DNA from: Macrostomum lignano
Taxonomy: Eukaryota
Assembly: GCA_002269645.1 (NCBI GenBank)
Contig: NIVC01001805.1
Location: 137,906 to 201,905 of the forward strand
DNA length: 64,000 bases
Reading direction: 5' to 3'
Part shown: in pieces, positions 20,805 to 33,500 of the stretch
Layout: each line of letters opens with the position of its first letter
Numbering within the stretch: the stretch's first letter is position 1
Made by a program: the position numbers and the translations under genes
Notes under the pieces: model-generated
Databases searched by the model: none
What the model saw: only the letters and a program-made list of their open reading frames with translations
What the model was told of the DNA's origin: nothing

Positions 20805-23752
20805 GGCTGCTGCTGCTTGCCAGCGATTCCCAGGCCCGCCATCTGGCTCTGAATCTGCGGGGGACAGCGGCTGGTTGCTCAGACATCTTTCATCATTGGC
20901 ATCGGCTTCTTCTGCCCCCCCTCTCATCTGCATCCATGGCCTCAGCTTCCCGCTGCTCCTTCATCCCTGGTCTCAGCTTCCCGCTGCTCCTTCATCCCTG
21001 GTCTCAGCTTCCCGCTGCTCCTTTATCCCTGGTCTCAGCTTCCCACTGGTCCTTCATCCCTGGTCTCAGCTTCCCACTGGTCCTTCATCCCTGGTCTCAG
21101 CTTCCCACTGCTCCTTCATCCCTGGTCTCAGCTTCCCACTGCTCCTTCATCCATGGCCTCAGCTTCCCACTGCTCCTTCATCCCTGGCCTCAGTATCCCG
21201 CTGCTCATTCATCCCTGGCCTCAGTATCCCCTGCTCCTTCATCCCTGGCCTCAGTATTCCGCTGCTCCTTCATCCCTGGCCTCAGTATCCCTGCTCCTTC
21301 ATCCCTGGCCTCAGTATTCCGCTGCTCCTTCATCCCTGGCCTCAGTATCCCGCTGCTCCTTCATCCCTGGCCTTTATCACATGTACCTGCTGCAGATAAG
21401 CGGCCTGACTTGTTGGGGTTGGCCCATAGAACAGCTGCTGCTGTTGCTGCTGGAACGGCTGCTGTTGCTGCTGGAACGGCTGCTGTTGCTGCTGGAATGG
21501 CTGCTGTTGCTGCTGGAACGGCTGCTGTTGCTGCTGGAATGGCTGCTGTTGCTGCTGGAACGGCTGCTGTTGCTGCTGGAATGGCTGCTGTTGCTGCTGG
21601 AACGGCTGCTGTTGCTGCTGGAATGGCTGCTGTTGCTGCTGGAACGGCTGCTGTTGCTGCGGCAGTTGAAAGTTGTCACTAGCCTGATTAAACTGAGGCT
21701 GCTGCTGCTGCTGCCCAGTGGAATACAGCAGGGTGCCAGCAGTTTGGCTGTACAAGCCAGTCTGCATCACCTGCTGCTGGTAGAACTGGTGCTGCTGTTG
21801 CTGTTGGTACATGTGCGCCTGCTGCCCGGTTGCCAGCATCGGGCTACTCGCCGAGTAGTGCATGCCGCTTGGTGCGAACACCTGCTGCATCCCCGGCGGC
21901 TGGGCAGCGTACAGGGCCATTATGGAGTCTTTGGCCGACATTTTTGGCGGTGCTGCGGCGGCAGCTGATGATGAAGCATCCGCCACTGACGAGGTTGGCC
22001 AGCTTCCGCCATCATCAAAGATCAAATCCGGATTGACTCGCGGCTGGGTGGCCGCCGCCTGCTGCTGCTGCAGTGCCCCGTTGCCCACGGCAGCGGTGAA
22101 GTTGCCGAACTCGGAGTCCGGCGAAGTAGCCAGTCCCGACCCGTTCCTTGACGCGGCCGTTGATGAGCCGCCGCCAAGCAGGTCATCGTCGCCAATCAGC
22201 AGCAAGTCTTGCGCCGGCCGCGCTGCTGGCGGTGGCGTCGGCTGCGGAGCCGCTTCAGCTGCCTTGCTCGCAGCGGTTGCGGGCGCAGTCGCTGAGCTTG
22301 CCGGAGCCGAGGCCGAGGCAGCGGCAGGCGGTCGCGGAATCGCCCCGATGGAGGCAGCGGGCCGCTGCTGCTGCGCGACTGTGGCGGCGGATGACTTGAC
22401 GAGGCTGTACACCGAGGACGGGTCCGGCCGGGGCGGCTTAAAGTTGGCGATGAGGTAGCGCCGGTCCTCGTACTTGGCCCTGATGAACTGCTCCATGCCT
22501 GGACGGGTCAGGGGTGGGGGAGGGGGAAATGACTTTTAAAATGAAAAATACTTCGATTTATTATGCCGGTCAACTTAATTTATTGTGCACAAATGTTAGG
22601 AGTTTTTGCACTTGCAACAATCGCCTCCGGCTTTCCGCAAGCAAAACCTTTAAACTGTATCTTCATCATGTTTGACCGACTCCAGACTCGAGATTATTTA
22701 GAAAGAAATTCATTTCGGACTTAAAATTGCAATAAAACTTTTAAAACCCCAAATCCAGTGCGTCTGCATAGCGAGCAGGAGAAAAGGGGTGGCGTCTCAG
22801 CACCCCAACCAGGTCGATAAACTGGCAAGCTTGTGTCTGACTTTGACCTCTCCTTACTGCTCTCTCATTGGCTGAGCTAGATTGGACCTGTCTCCTAGGT
22901 TTCGTCTGTCTAATATTTACCTCTCTACTTACTGCGCTCTCATTGGCTGAGCTAGATTGGACTTGCCTCCTAGGTTTCGTCCGTCTAATTTTGACCTCTC
23001 TCCTTACTGCTCTCTCATTGGCTGAGATAGATTGGGCCTGCCCCTAGGCTGAGTTTCGTCCGTCTTGCGTTCACTTGTGTACATCGAGTTAAATGCTTGG
23101 TGTTCATTCTTAACCCCCCCCCCACATGCTCCTCAGGCCGCAAACCCCGAGGAAGGAAAGAAAATTTTAGCTGCCACAATAAATTCAAATGACCATGCGC
23201 AGACAAACTACTGAAAGATGAGTAGACGCTCTACTTTTTCACAGCTTTTTTTCGTGAGAGAGCAGTAAAGACAGATGCCTGATCTGGTATCTGCGGTTTG
23301 CGGCAGCGCCCAAAGCCCCGGTACGAATTATAGGTAAAGTAAATAGCCTCAAAGCCGCCAATAAAAACAAAAAACCCACCAGCGTCGCTGTTCGGCCTGC
23401 GAAAGCTGCTAGGCAGATTGGCCTCGTAGGCGGCCCTGGCCAGCGTGTTGCCCATAGCGGCCACCCCGGCCACCTGGTCCAGAGTCCACGAGTCCAAATT
23501 AACGGACTTCACCTTGGAGATGTGCACGCCCAACTTTCGGTGGATGCCGGCGCACCGGATGCAGATGAACACGCCGATGTTCCAGCTGGCCCAGCGCGGA
23601 CTCTTGGCCTCGCAGTCGGCGCAGTACTTGTTGTCCTCCTCTTTGAGCAGCGAGGCTAAGGCCTCCTGCAGCAGCTCTCTATCCTTGTCCGCCTTGCCGC
23701 CTGAGGCAGCCGACCTGCCGTTCCGCTTCTGCTGCTGGTGCAGGTAGCTCAT
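20723..23752 (-). CDS. SMAP1: SMAP1/2-type ArfGAP, 3 coding exons: 23752-23380, 22498-21387, 20854-20723
   Basis: The ArfGAP zinc finger reads [52 protein letters not shown]. The junction NSDAG|[10 protein letters not shown] has consistent phase 1. A Q-rich low-complexity region follows. The last exon reads [16 protein letters not shown]...[10 protein letters not shown]. The poly(A) signal lies at ~20667-20672 on the minus strand. Confidence 0.92.
20935..21372. repeat. ~31 bp minisatellite in the last SMAP intron
   Basis: The unit CCCGCTGCTCCTTCATCCCTGG(T/C)CTCAG(CT/TA)T is repeated ~14 times. Confidence 0.93.
22835..23065. repeat. Three degenerate ~70 bp tandem copies in SMAP intron 1
   Basis: TTGACCTCTCCTTACTGCTCTCTCATTGGCTGAGCTAGATTGG...CCTAGG...TTTCGTC(T/C)GTC occurs three times. 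Confidence 0.85.
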
Positions 23753-25785
23753 GGCTGGCTGTGGGTACTGGGATGGGGGAGCAACAGTCAATAATTATGA
23801 TTGCACAATGTAGCTCATGGCTGGCTGTGGGTACTGGGATGGGGGAGCAACAGTCAATAATTATGATTGCACAATGTAGCTCATGGCTGGCTGTGGGTAC
23901 TGGGATGGGGGAGCAACAGTCAATAATTATGATTGCACAATGTAGCTCATGGCTGGCTGTGGGTACTGGGATGGGGGAGCAACAGTCAATAATTATGATT
24001 GCACAATGTAGCTCATGGCTGGCTGTGGGTACTGGGATGGGGGAGCAACAGTCAATAATTATGATTGCACAATGTAGCTCATGGCTGGCTGTGGGTACTG
24101 GGATGGGGGAGCAACAGTCAATAATTATGATTGCACAATGTAGCTCATGGCTGGCTGTGGGTACTGGGATGGGGGAGCAACAGTCAATAATTATGATTGC
24201 ACAATGTAGCTCATGGCTGGCTGTGGGTACTGGGATAGGGGAGCAACAGTCAATAATTATGATTGCACAATGTAGCTCATGGCTGGCTGTGGGTACTGGG
24301 ATGGGGGAGCAACAGTCAATAATTATGATTGCACAATGTAGCTCATGGCTGGCTGTGGGTACTGGGATAGGGGAGCAACAGTCAATAATTATGATTGCAC
24401 AATGTAGCTCATGGCTGGCTGTGGGTACTGGGATGGGGGAGCAACAGTCAATAATTATGATTGCACAATGTAGCTCATGGCTGGCTGTGGGTACTGGGAT
24501 GGGGGAGCAACAGTCAATAATTATGATTGCACAATGTAGCTCATGGCTGGCTGTGGGTACTGGGATGGGGGAGCAACAGTCAATAATTATGATTGCACAA
24601 TGTAGCTCATGGCTGGCTATGGGTACTGGGATGGGGAGCAACAGTCAATAATTATGATTGCACAATGTAGCTCATGGCTGGCTGTGGGTACTGGGATAGG
24701 GGAGCAACAGTCAATAATTATGATTGCACAATGTAGCTCATGGCTGGCTGTGGGTACTGGGATGGGGGAGCAACAGTCAATAATTATGATTGCACAATGT
24801 AGCTCATGGCTGGCTGTGGGTACTGGGATGGGGGAGCAACAGTCAATAATTATGATTGCACAATGTAGCTCATGGCTGGCTGTGGGTACTGGGATGGGGG
24901 AGCAACAGTCAATAATTATGATTGCACAATGTAGCTCATGGCTGGCTATGGGTACTGGGATGGGGGAGCAACAGTCAATAATTATGATTGCACAATGTAG
25001 CTCATGGCTGGCTGTGGGTACTGGGATGGGGGAGCAACAGTCAATAATTATGATTGCACAATGTAGCTCATAGCTGGCTGTGGGTACTGGGATGGGGGAG
25101 CAACAGTCAATAATTATGATTGCACAATGTAGCTCATGGCTGGCTGTGGGTACTGGGATGGGGGAGCAACAGTCAATAATTATGATTGCACAATGTAGCT
25201 CATGGCTGGCTGTGGGTACTGGGATGGGGGAGCAACAGTCAATAATTATGATTGCACAATGTAGCTCATGGCTGGCTGTGGGTACTGGGATGGGGGAGCA
25301 ACAGTCAATAATTATGATTGCACAATGTAGCTCATGGCTGGCTGTGGGTACTGGGATGGGGGAGCAACAGTCAATAATTATGATTGCACAATGTAGCTCA
25401 TGGCTGGCTATGGGTACTGGGATGGGGGAGCAACAGTCAATAATTATGATTGCACAATGTAGCTCATGGCTGGCTGTGGGTACTGGGATGGGGGAGCAAC
25501 AGTCAATAATTATGATTGCACAATGTAGCTCATGGCTGGCTGTGGGTACTGGGATAGGGGAGCAACAGTCAATAATTATGATTGCACAATGTAGCTCATG
25601 GCTGGCTGTGGGTACTGGGATGGGGGAGCAACAGTCAATAATTATGATTGCACAATGTAGCTCATGGCTGGCTGTGGGTACTGGGATGGGGAGCAACAGT
25701 CAATAATTATGATTGCACAATGTAGCTCATGGCTGGCTGGGTGGGTAATGGGGGAGCAACAGTCAATAATTATGATTGCACAATG
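23745..25785 (-). repeat. 66 bp minisatellite, ~31 copies; each unit contains the SMAP splice acceptor and ATG
   Basis: The minus-strand unit is CATTGTGCAATCATAATTATTGACTGTTGCTCCCCCATCCCAGTACCCACAG|CCAGCCATGAGCTA. The last copy runs directly into [10 protein letters not shown]. Confidence 0.96.
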
Positions 25786-27789
25786 AAAAAGCAAATGTGC
25801 ATTTTGCAATTTCCAATTTTTACTTTTCATTTCAAGTTATTAATTTAAGGCAGAGATTGGCTGCACATAAGATACTTGAGCATATGAATGACGGTCACAC
25901 TTCAAGTGGAAAATGTTACTTGGATTGAAGCTTTTGACTAAAAAAAGCTTAACTGCTCCTATCTGCAATAGAAATTCTACCAGTCTTACATGCATACACT
26001 TGCAAGAAAAGCTGTGAATTTTAAAAAAAAACACTTTAATTTCTTTTAGCATGAATGAACTATTCTCAGATTTTATTCAAATAAACACTTATTAAATATA
26101 GTTTTGTAAATTTCATGCAAAAAAATATTGCATTTTTTGGACACAATCGCCCAGTAACAAAAAAACTGCCATCACAGAAGTTAGCAAACCCTTATGTTTG
26201 TAGCAAACACATGCTGATTGCAATCATTTAAAACAATGCATGATGCAGTCACAAATATTGTAGATATGAGTTGCTTGCAAGAAGCCTTTTCTATCCAATA
26301 AGCGTCACCAAGCTCATCAAAAATTTGCTCTACAGCAGCCAGACAGCTATTAGCAAAATGTCTTGTGGACAGATGAGACAAACATTGAGTTGTTTTAGGC
26401 ACATTTTGCAGCTCAATATGTTTGATGCAAGCCAAATGAGGCATTTAAGCAAAATAATATAATATTAACTATAAAGCATAGTATAGTGTTCTGCCATAGC
26501 TATGGCTATGGGATCTTATGGCAAATATGGTAAAATAGGTGCCTATGGCAACTACAGATATGCCTACATTAGATAGCTCGCTTTACAGATAGTTGTTGTC
26601 ACATTCCATAGATTTCCATAGCTGTAGTTATTTATTTAAAAAAATATTAGAACCAGGTAGAGTAAAACAAAGATACTTCAGTAAACTCTATTATAGACCT
26701 AGAAACTTATAGATTATACTTAATAAAGTACAATAAAACACTAGCAAACTCTAACTTTTATCAACGTGAATAAGTTCAGCATTAGTAATTTCAGTAGTGG
26801 TTAAGTATTGTTACCCTTTAAAAAGGAAGAAATTTAATCTAACAAAGACAATCAGGTGTTTGTTTTATTTTCTATTTTTATTTGCAGTTGTTTAAGCACC
26901 AGGTTATCTTCTTGATTCAAAATATTTTGTTTCCTAAACTTTTTGTTAAAACTTTGGCTACAGCTATGGGAACTATGGGAATATCGGTAATATTGAGGTC
27001 CCTACAGCTACAGAATAGAGAGAATTGGAATAAGCCATAGCTTTGCTTATGGCTACGGCTACAACATTTGGACCCCCTTATGACAGAACACTAGCATAGA
27101 AATAGCACATCATGCTTGCTTTGGGATGGCTGCATTGCAAGTAGAATTGGAAATATTGTCCAAAATCATAGACATATAAACTTAGTAATGTATCAGGAAA
27201 TACTAGCTATTAATGCTAATGTGACAATGTCATTATGCTATAATTTTTAGTTTCTTCTGTTTTTTATTGTGCTTAAATAGATTTCTTGTAATTAATATGG
27301 GGCTAAGGGGAAGCCTTTTATTTGTTCTAGGAAAAATTCTGTCTATTATTTTGGTTACCACTTTTTTTGCAGTAGGTTTGGAGATTTTAGTGGGTCAGTT
27401 TTGGCATGGTTTTGAGTGTGGGAGTTTTGTGCTTTTTGGTATAGCCTTTTCCTCTCTCTCCTTGCACTCATTGTGCCTCGTTGCCATGTCCCAATGATAC
27501 CAAACAAAACTATTTCCCCTATAGGCTATAGAGCCAACCCAAACCAAATTAAACATTAGATTATATTTAGCATACTGGACTTAGTAACTCAACTGCTGCC
27601 AAGACTATGCCCTAGTAACTTTAATATATAAGTTATATTATTATTTGTCAAGTACTACAATGAAATTAATAACCAAGAATAATTAATACTAAATTTAATA
27701 GTTAAATTAAGTTACAATTTATTTTCTTTTATTTGTTGAACTGCACTGAGTGCTCTGCTACACTAGCTTAGTATGAGAAAGCTAAAGCT

Positions 27790-28095
27790 TGATTATGATT
27801 GGTTGATGCAGCAAGATAATGACCCAAAGCATTCCACCCAGGAATGATTTAATAATAAAAAGCTAAATCTAATAGGTCAAGTCAAAGCTCAGATCTAAGC
27901 ATTATTAAAAGTCTCTCATTTGATCTAAAGAAAGCTGTTCACACTTGCAGACCTAGAAATCTAGATGAGTTAAAGAGGTTCTACATTGAAAAATGGGAAA
28001 AGATTGCTACAAAGCAGTAGAGTTGAGTGATTGTCAGTTATAGAAATCAATTGCAGGCCAATATTATTACTAAACAGAGGCAGATGTAAAAAAAA
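27790..28095 (+). mobile_element. Degenerate Tc1-type transposase fragment
   Basis: Reads DWLMQQDNDPKHS...SQSSDL...DLKKAVHTCRPRNLDELKRFYIEKWEKI...SYRNQLQA with stops and frameshifts, matching the Tc1 QQDNDPKH / SQSPDLNPIE / NLxELxxFxxEEWxKI motifs. Confidence 0.78.
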
Positions 28096-28714
28096 TTCAA
28101 GGGGAAGGCAAGCTATCCTAAGCACTATAACCCAATAGTAAAAAAAGATACCTAGCATAGTTATAGGCCAAAAAAAGTATAGCCTACTTTTTTACCATGG
28201 TTAAGAGGGGGTCATGGCCTTTTTTACCTCCCCATTAGATTGGCCATTACTACTAAGGATAGAGTTACAAAGTATTACTTGTTAAAATTTCAAACAGACT
28301 TACTAAATTTTCATTGGCACTTTCTTGTTTTTGGTAATTTTTTCAAACTACACAATATCCATATTCTAAAAATGGTTTGTTGATAAGTAGGTACCTATCT
28401 ATCCAAGGAGGTATGCAATTGATTTTAGCAAAAATAGCTCAACCAATTTTGTTTGAACTTGCACTATTCAATCAGAATTTTTTCTGTCTGCTTTGTGTGA
28501 CTTTTACTCTACCTGACATGGTGTGAGTGTTGAATTATAAGTGCTACAAATTCATTTATAAATTTGATAAGAGCTAGCCTAGAGGTGAATGGACTGGACT
28601 GTTAATGGAGCAACCTGGGTTCAAATCTTAGTAGGGCCTAGGGCCTAGTGTAACAAAAGTAGCCATTTTTTATTGAAATATTTTATTAAAAGACTAATTA
28701 AAAACACCTGGATT

Positions 28715-28925
28715 TTTGCACTTGATAAGCTAAGGATTACTGCACTTGATAAATGAAGGATTATTGCACTTGATAAGCCAATGATTATTGCACTTGATAA
28801 GCAGGCCAAGGATTATTGCACTTGATAAGCCAAGCATTACTGCACTTGATAAACAAAGGATTACTGCACTTGATAAGCTAAAAATTATTGCACTTGATAA
28901 GCCAAGGATTATTGCACTTGATATG
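28715..28925. repeat. 22 bp minisatellite ATTATTGCACTTGATAAGCCAAGG-like, ~9 degenerate copies
   Basis: Visible tandem repetition of TTGCACTTGATAA. Confidence 0.85.
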
Positions 28926-30734
28926 CTAAGCCTAAGGATAGCTAATGCTAGGCCTATGCTATATTTTAATCACAATGTATAGCAAAAAATGTTCTTGTTA
29001 CATTAGGCCCTATAATGGCATTGCCAGATCCAGGCCTAGCCATTAGAAAATGGGCTCCAGTGCCGGAACTCTAGCAATTATTGTACAGAACTTGCATTTT
29101 TAATCAAAAAGCTTTCTGACTTAAATTTCTAGCACAGAGTAGGCCTAGGATGTCTACCAAACAGCAAAAAATGTTTTTTTTCTGCTCAGATGATACATCA
29201 TCCTGACTATGGCCTATGCCTATGGGTTTAGGCCTAGGCTATGCCTATCAGTATCATCCCCTTATGCTATGGCTGGACATATAAGTTATAGGCCTAACTT
29301 GAGTTGAGTTGAAAGTATATGCAATGCTGATGCAAGCGGTCCCAGGTCAATTCGGTGACAAGACATGTCGGTGACAACAACTTCGGTGACAACTTGGGAC
29401 GTTTCGGTGACACCAGTGGTCAATTCGGTGACAAGCTTTTTAGACTTGATTTGACTATTTTTCGTTGTTAAATATTAAAATATTGCTGTTACTAAACTCT
29501 TATTAAAGTAATAAAGGTTCGTATGCTATCAATTATCATTTTGTTTGAGTGCGTTTGGAGGCATAACACTTATGTTTAACAGCGCGCACTTAATTTTATC
29601 CATACTTTTAATTTTTCAACTCAAGTCAACGAGAATTGATGTTTCGATTTTTTATACTACATCTACATTTACATGTATTGTAGATGTACATGTACGTCTT
29701 AAAAGCCATTGAACGAGTTCAGAAAACAACTGTATATCTATAGGACTATAGCGTAGCTTATGACTGTACATGTTTTTATGTGCTAATTCAGGGACTATAA
29801 CTTATAAGGCAAGGGGCGCCAATAGGGGCGGACGTACCCGTGGATAGAGCTTGATAGAACTTATTGAGCCCCCAAAACCTAAGTTTGCACCCTTTAAACT
29901 AGATTTTTCGCCTCCTACACGCATTTTTGCACCCCTAGCTTAAAAATTGGCGCCCCTCATTGACGCCACGCCACCCCTCATTGGCGCCCCTCATTGACGC
30001 CACGCCAAAAATTGGCGCCACTCATGAATTATTGGCGCCCAAAACTTGGACCGATGCCCCGGCCCCCCTTCGGCCCCCAAATGAAATTTTCGATCCGCTA
30101 CTGTATGTGCGCCTCACAGAGTATAGATTATGGATGAGTTGGCTTGAAATTTATCATGTAATTAATTCTGGCGCTTATTGACAAAGCTGTACTGTGAACT
30201 TATGGTCGTGGCGATCGTGACCATGTTAACATAAACACATGTGTACAAATGTAAAGTCATACAAAACTTGGTCTTCTACATTTAGTAAATGAATAACACT
30301 TATTCGTTCATTCAGCAACACAGTTAAGTGAATGTGATAATTATACTATATAAGAAAATTGCTGCGCTCTTGTTAGCACTCATTACATCACAATGACTGG
30401 TTGCTAACCGCTAAATCCACGAATCACAGAACCAGCATTAAGTTATGCTAGGTAATCTAAACGGATGTGGTCAATCAGAATTGCTTACTTTCTACGCAAT
30501 CGAAATTCTGTGATATTGTGATATTCTATTGGTTAAAACGCCATCACATTACATGTATATTGCGCATGCGTCCTATATCCATACTTGTACAGAAGCAATT
30601 GAACGCAAGACCCATAGCTACCAGTCGGCGCACTATAATATATTTACTCTTTAACACTCAAGAATATCGACTTAATATCTTCTCTGCATCTAAAAAGCAA
30701 CTAGCTAGATAAAGAATACCAGCTCAATTGTCTG

Positions 30735-33500
30735 ATGGAAGTCGAAGAAGACGTCTGTCCAGCGTGTGTCAGAGCAGTAACTGACGAGGAGCCTGCATTA
30801 AATTGTGACAAGTGCAAACATTGGTTCCATCGACTGTGTTTGACTGGTAAGTTTATGCCCTATATTCTGCATTCCATCAACTTAGTGTGCATTCACTCTT
30901 AAAATGGAAGAGGAGAAAGAGGGTAGGGGAGAGAAGGTGGGGAGAGAGGGTAGAGGGGAAGAAGGTAGTGGAGAGAGTGAAGAGGAAAAGAGAGTAGGGG
31001 AGAGAAGGTGGGGAGAGGAGGTAGAGAGGAGAGAGGGTATGTGGAGAGATGATAAATGGCTGAAATTGTTTTTGCTTTTTATTTTAGGAGCATCGTTCAT
31101 TTCTGCTGCACATTATAAGAAGTTGATGAAGAAGAGTTCTTTTTCTTGGTGCTGCATGATCTGCACTACTCAGGAGGTACATGTAGAGAGCGATGCTGAG
31201 GTTGAAGTTGCTGCTGCCGGTGGTGATGAGGTAGAGAGCGATGCCGAAATCGATGTTGCTGCTGCCGGTGGTGATGAGGTAGAGAGCGATGCCGAAATCG
31301 ATGTTGCTGCTGCCGGTGGTGATGAGGTAGAGAGCGATGCCGAAATCGATGTTGCTGCTGCCGGTGGTGATGAGGTAGAGAGCGATGCCGAAATCGATGT
31401 TGCTGCTGCCGGTGGTGATGAGGTAGAGAGCGATGCCGAAATCGATGTTGCTGCTGCCGGTGGTGATGAGGTAGAGAGCGATGCCGAAATCGATGTTGCT
31501 GCTGCCGGTGGTGATGAGGTAGAGAGCGATGCCGAAATCGATGTTGCTGCTGCCGGTGGTGATGAGGTAGAGAGCGATGCCGAAATCGATGTTGCTGCTG
31601 CCGGTGGTGATGAGGTAGAGAGCGATGCCGAAATCGATGTTGCTGCTGCCGGTGGTGATGAGGTAGAGAGCGATGCCGAAATCGATGTTGCTGCTGCCGG
31701 TGGTGATGAGGTAGAGAGCGATGCCGAAATCGAAGTTGCTGCTGCCGGTGGTGATGAGGTAGAGAGCGATGCCGAAATCGAAGTTGCTGCTGCCGGTGGT
31801 AGCGAAAGTGATGAGGTAGAGAGCGATGTTGAGATCCAAGTTGCTGCTACTGCTGATTCATCGATTGAAGACCCAGACCCTCAACCAGTCGCTGATCACA
31901 ATCGTCCAGAGACATTTGAGGTACTTCAAAACGGAAGCAATAGAGGTTCAGTCCTTGTTGTTTCCTCAAAAGGATACAGCTATGGTTTTCACCGTAGGCG
32001 TGGTGATCACGAATACTACAGATGCACTCAGCGCAATCGACATACGCCATGCTGTGCGACCCTAAATCGCAGAGCCGGTGAAGACTTCCGACCAGGAAAA
32101 AGGAACCACTGCCATGCACCAACAGCTGATGCTTGTGCAGTACGAAAAATTATTCGAGACGTGAAGACATCAGCAGCTGCGGATGTCTTCAAATCTGCTG
32201 CGGCTCTATCTGAGAAGCGACTTCTACACAGTTATCGTTCGTCAGAGGCTAAAAACTTGCCAAATCCAGCGAATCTTGCTAGAACAGCTAATCGTTTTCG
32301 AGAAAGGCAACGGCCAGAGGAGCCAAAGACATTAAACTTTGAGCTGCAGCACGAAGCGATTCCCGATGGCTTTTGCAGAAGCGATGTTCGAGTTGGGGAC
32401 CGTCGTCACCTTGTCTTTGCGACTGAGCAACAGATTGCTTTGTTGAAAAAAACTTCCGACATCTACATGGACGGAACCTTCTCAATCGTAAGAAGGCCTT
32501 TTGTGCAGCTCTATTCACTTCACGGTTTTCTGAGGGCGGAAGGACAAATAAAACAGGTAATAATTAAGTTCCTACTGAAACGCTTATAAAGCATAAAGCA
32601 TAAAGTATAAAGCCCACCAAGTATAAAGCATGGAGGCATAGCAAAGAAACTCTAAATCAAATGGTGTTACTCTTAGTAGCGGAATACGCAAATCATAGTT
32701 TATGCATCCTATATATTTAATTTTTTTTCTAAAAGCCGTTTTATTTAAACCAAAAACAGGTACCATTGGCCTTCATTATCATGTCTGGGAGACGAACCCG
32801 GGACTACAAAGCCATTTTAAGGGAAGTTCGAAGATTCGCTCCCGATTTCTCACCCGCGAGATTCGTTCTCGACTATGAGCAGCCAGCCTGGAAGGCGGTT
32901 CGACGCATCTTTCCGCAGGCTGAAGTGCAGGGCTGCAATTTCCACTGGACACAGGCAGTCTGGCGAAAAGTTCAGAACCTGGGTCTGCAGCAGTCCTATC
33001 GTGATGATGATGGCACAGAACGGTTCGTCCAGAAGTTGATGGCACTGCCGTACCTGCCACGTGACGAGATTAACGAGGTGTTTGAAAGCCTCCGAGCTTC
33101 GCAAGCTGCTCAGGCAGACGAAAGACTGCAGGAACTATGCGAGTACATTGGCAGTACATGGTTGGGCGAAGGCAGCAACTGGAAAGCGGATGACATTTGC
33201 GTGTTTGGTCAGCCCATCAGGACCAACAACGACCTGGAGGGCTGGCACTATCGCCTAAACCGTAAAGCTGGGAGTCGCAACCTCCAGTTCTATCTGTTGC
33301 TGCAACTGCTCCACGAGGAAGCTATCCTGGTGCCACTCCAGGCTCACCTGCTGTCCAGAGGGGTACTGCGTCGAGAGCAGCGGCAAGGCTACCGCACAGT
33401 TCAGTCTCGTTTGTTTCGCTACTGGGCGGAACATGAACAAGGTACTCGAAGCACTCGGCGGCTGCTTAAATCCTGTGGTCGTCTCTTTAATCCGAAGTGA
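30735..33500 (+). CDS. MULE transposase with N-terminal PHD finger, acidic repeat linker, FLYWCH-like zinc finger and DDE domain; 3 exons: 30735-30846, 31088-32556, 32760-33500 (773 aa)
   Basis: PHD: CPAC...ALNCDKCKHWFHRLCLTG|ASFI...WCCMIC, joined across a phase-1 intron (ACTG|gtaagt, ttttag|GA). FLYWCH-like: GYSY...YYRCTQR...CCATL...NHCH. DDE: IYMDGTF, FVLDYE, GCNFHW, RTNNDLEGWH. Exon lengths sum to 2322 nt with no internal stop. Confidence 0.92.
31181..31830 (+). repeat. 48 bp coding repeat (VESDAEIDVAAAGGDE) x ~13 inside the transposase
   Basis: In-frame tandem units between the PHD and FLYWCH domains. Confidence 0.95.

Noticed and set aside
23679-25706. Long ORFs (296-359 aa) on both strands
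   Set aside because: They are translations of a 66 bp repeat whose length is a multiple of 3. The same applies to the repeat ORFs at 848-2471, 38.2-39.0 kb, 51.3-52.2 kb, 54.2-54.9 kb and 62.5-63.3 kb.
27400-27490. Minus-strand ORF MATRHNECKEREEKA resembling the human SMAP1 N-terminus (MATRSCREKA)
   Set aside because: It has no usable GT donor, hits a stop after ~30 codons, and a good in-frame ATG already exists at 23752. Probably coincidence, though RNA-seq could test it.
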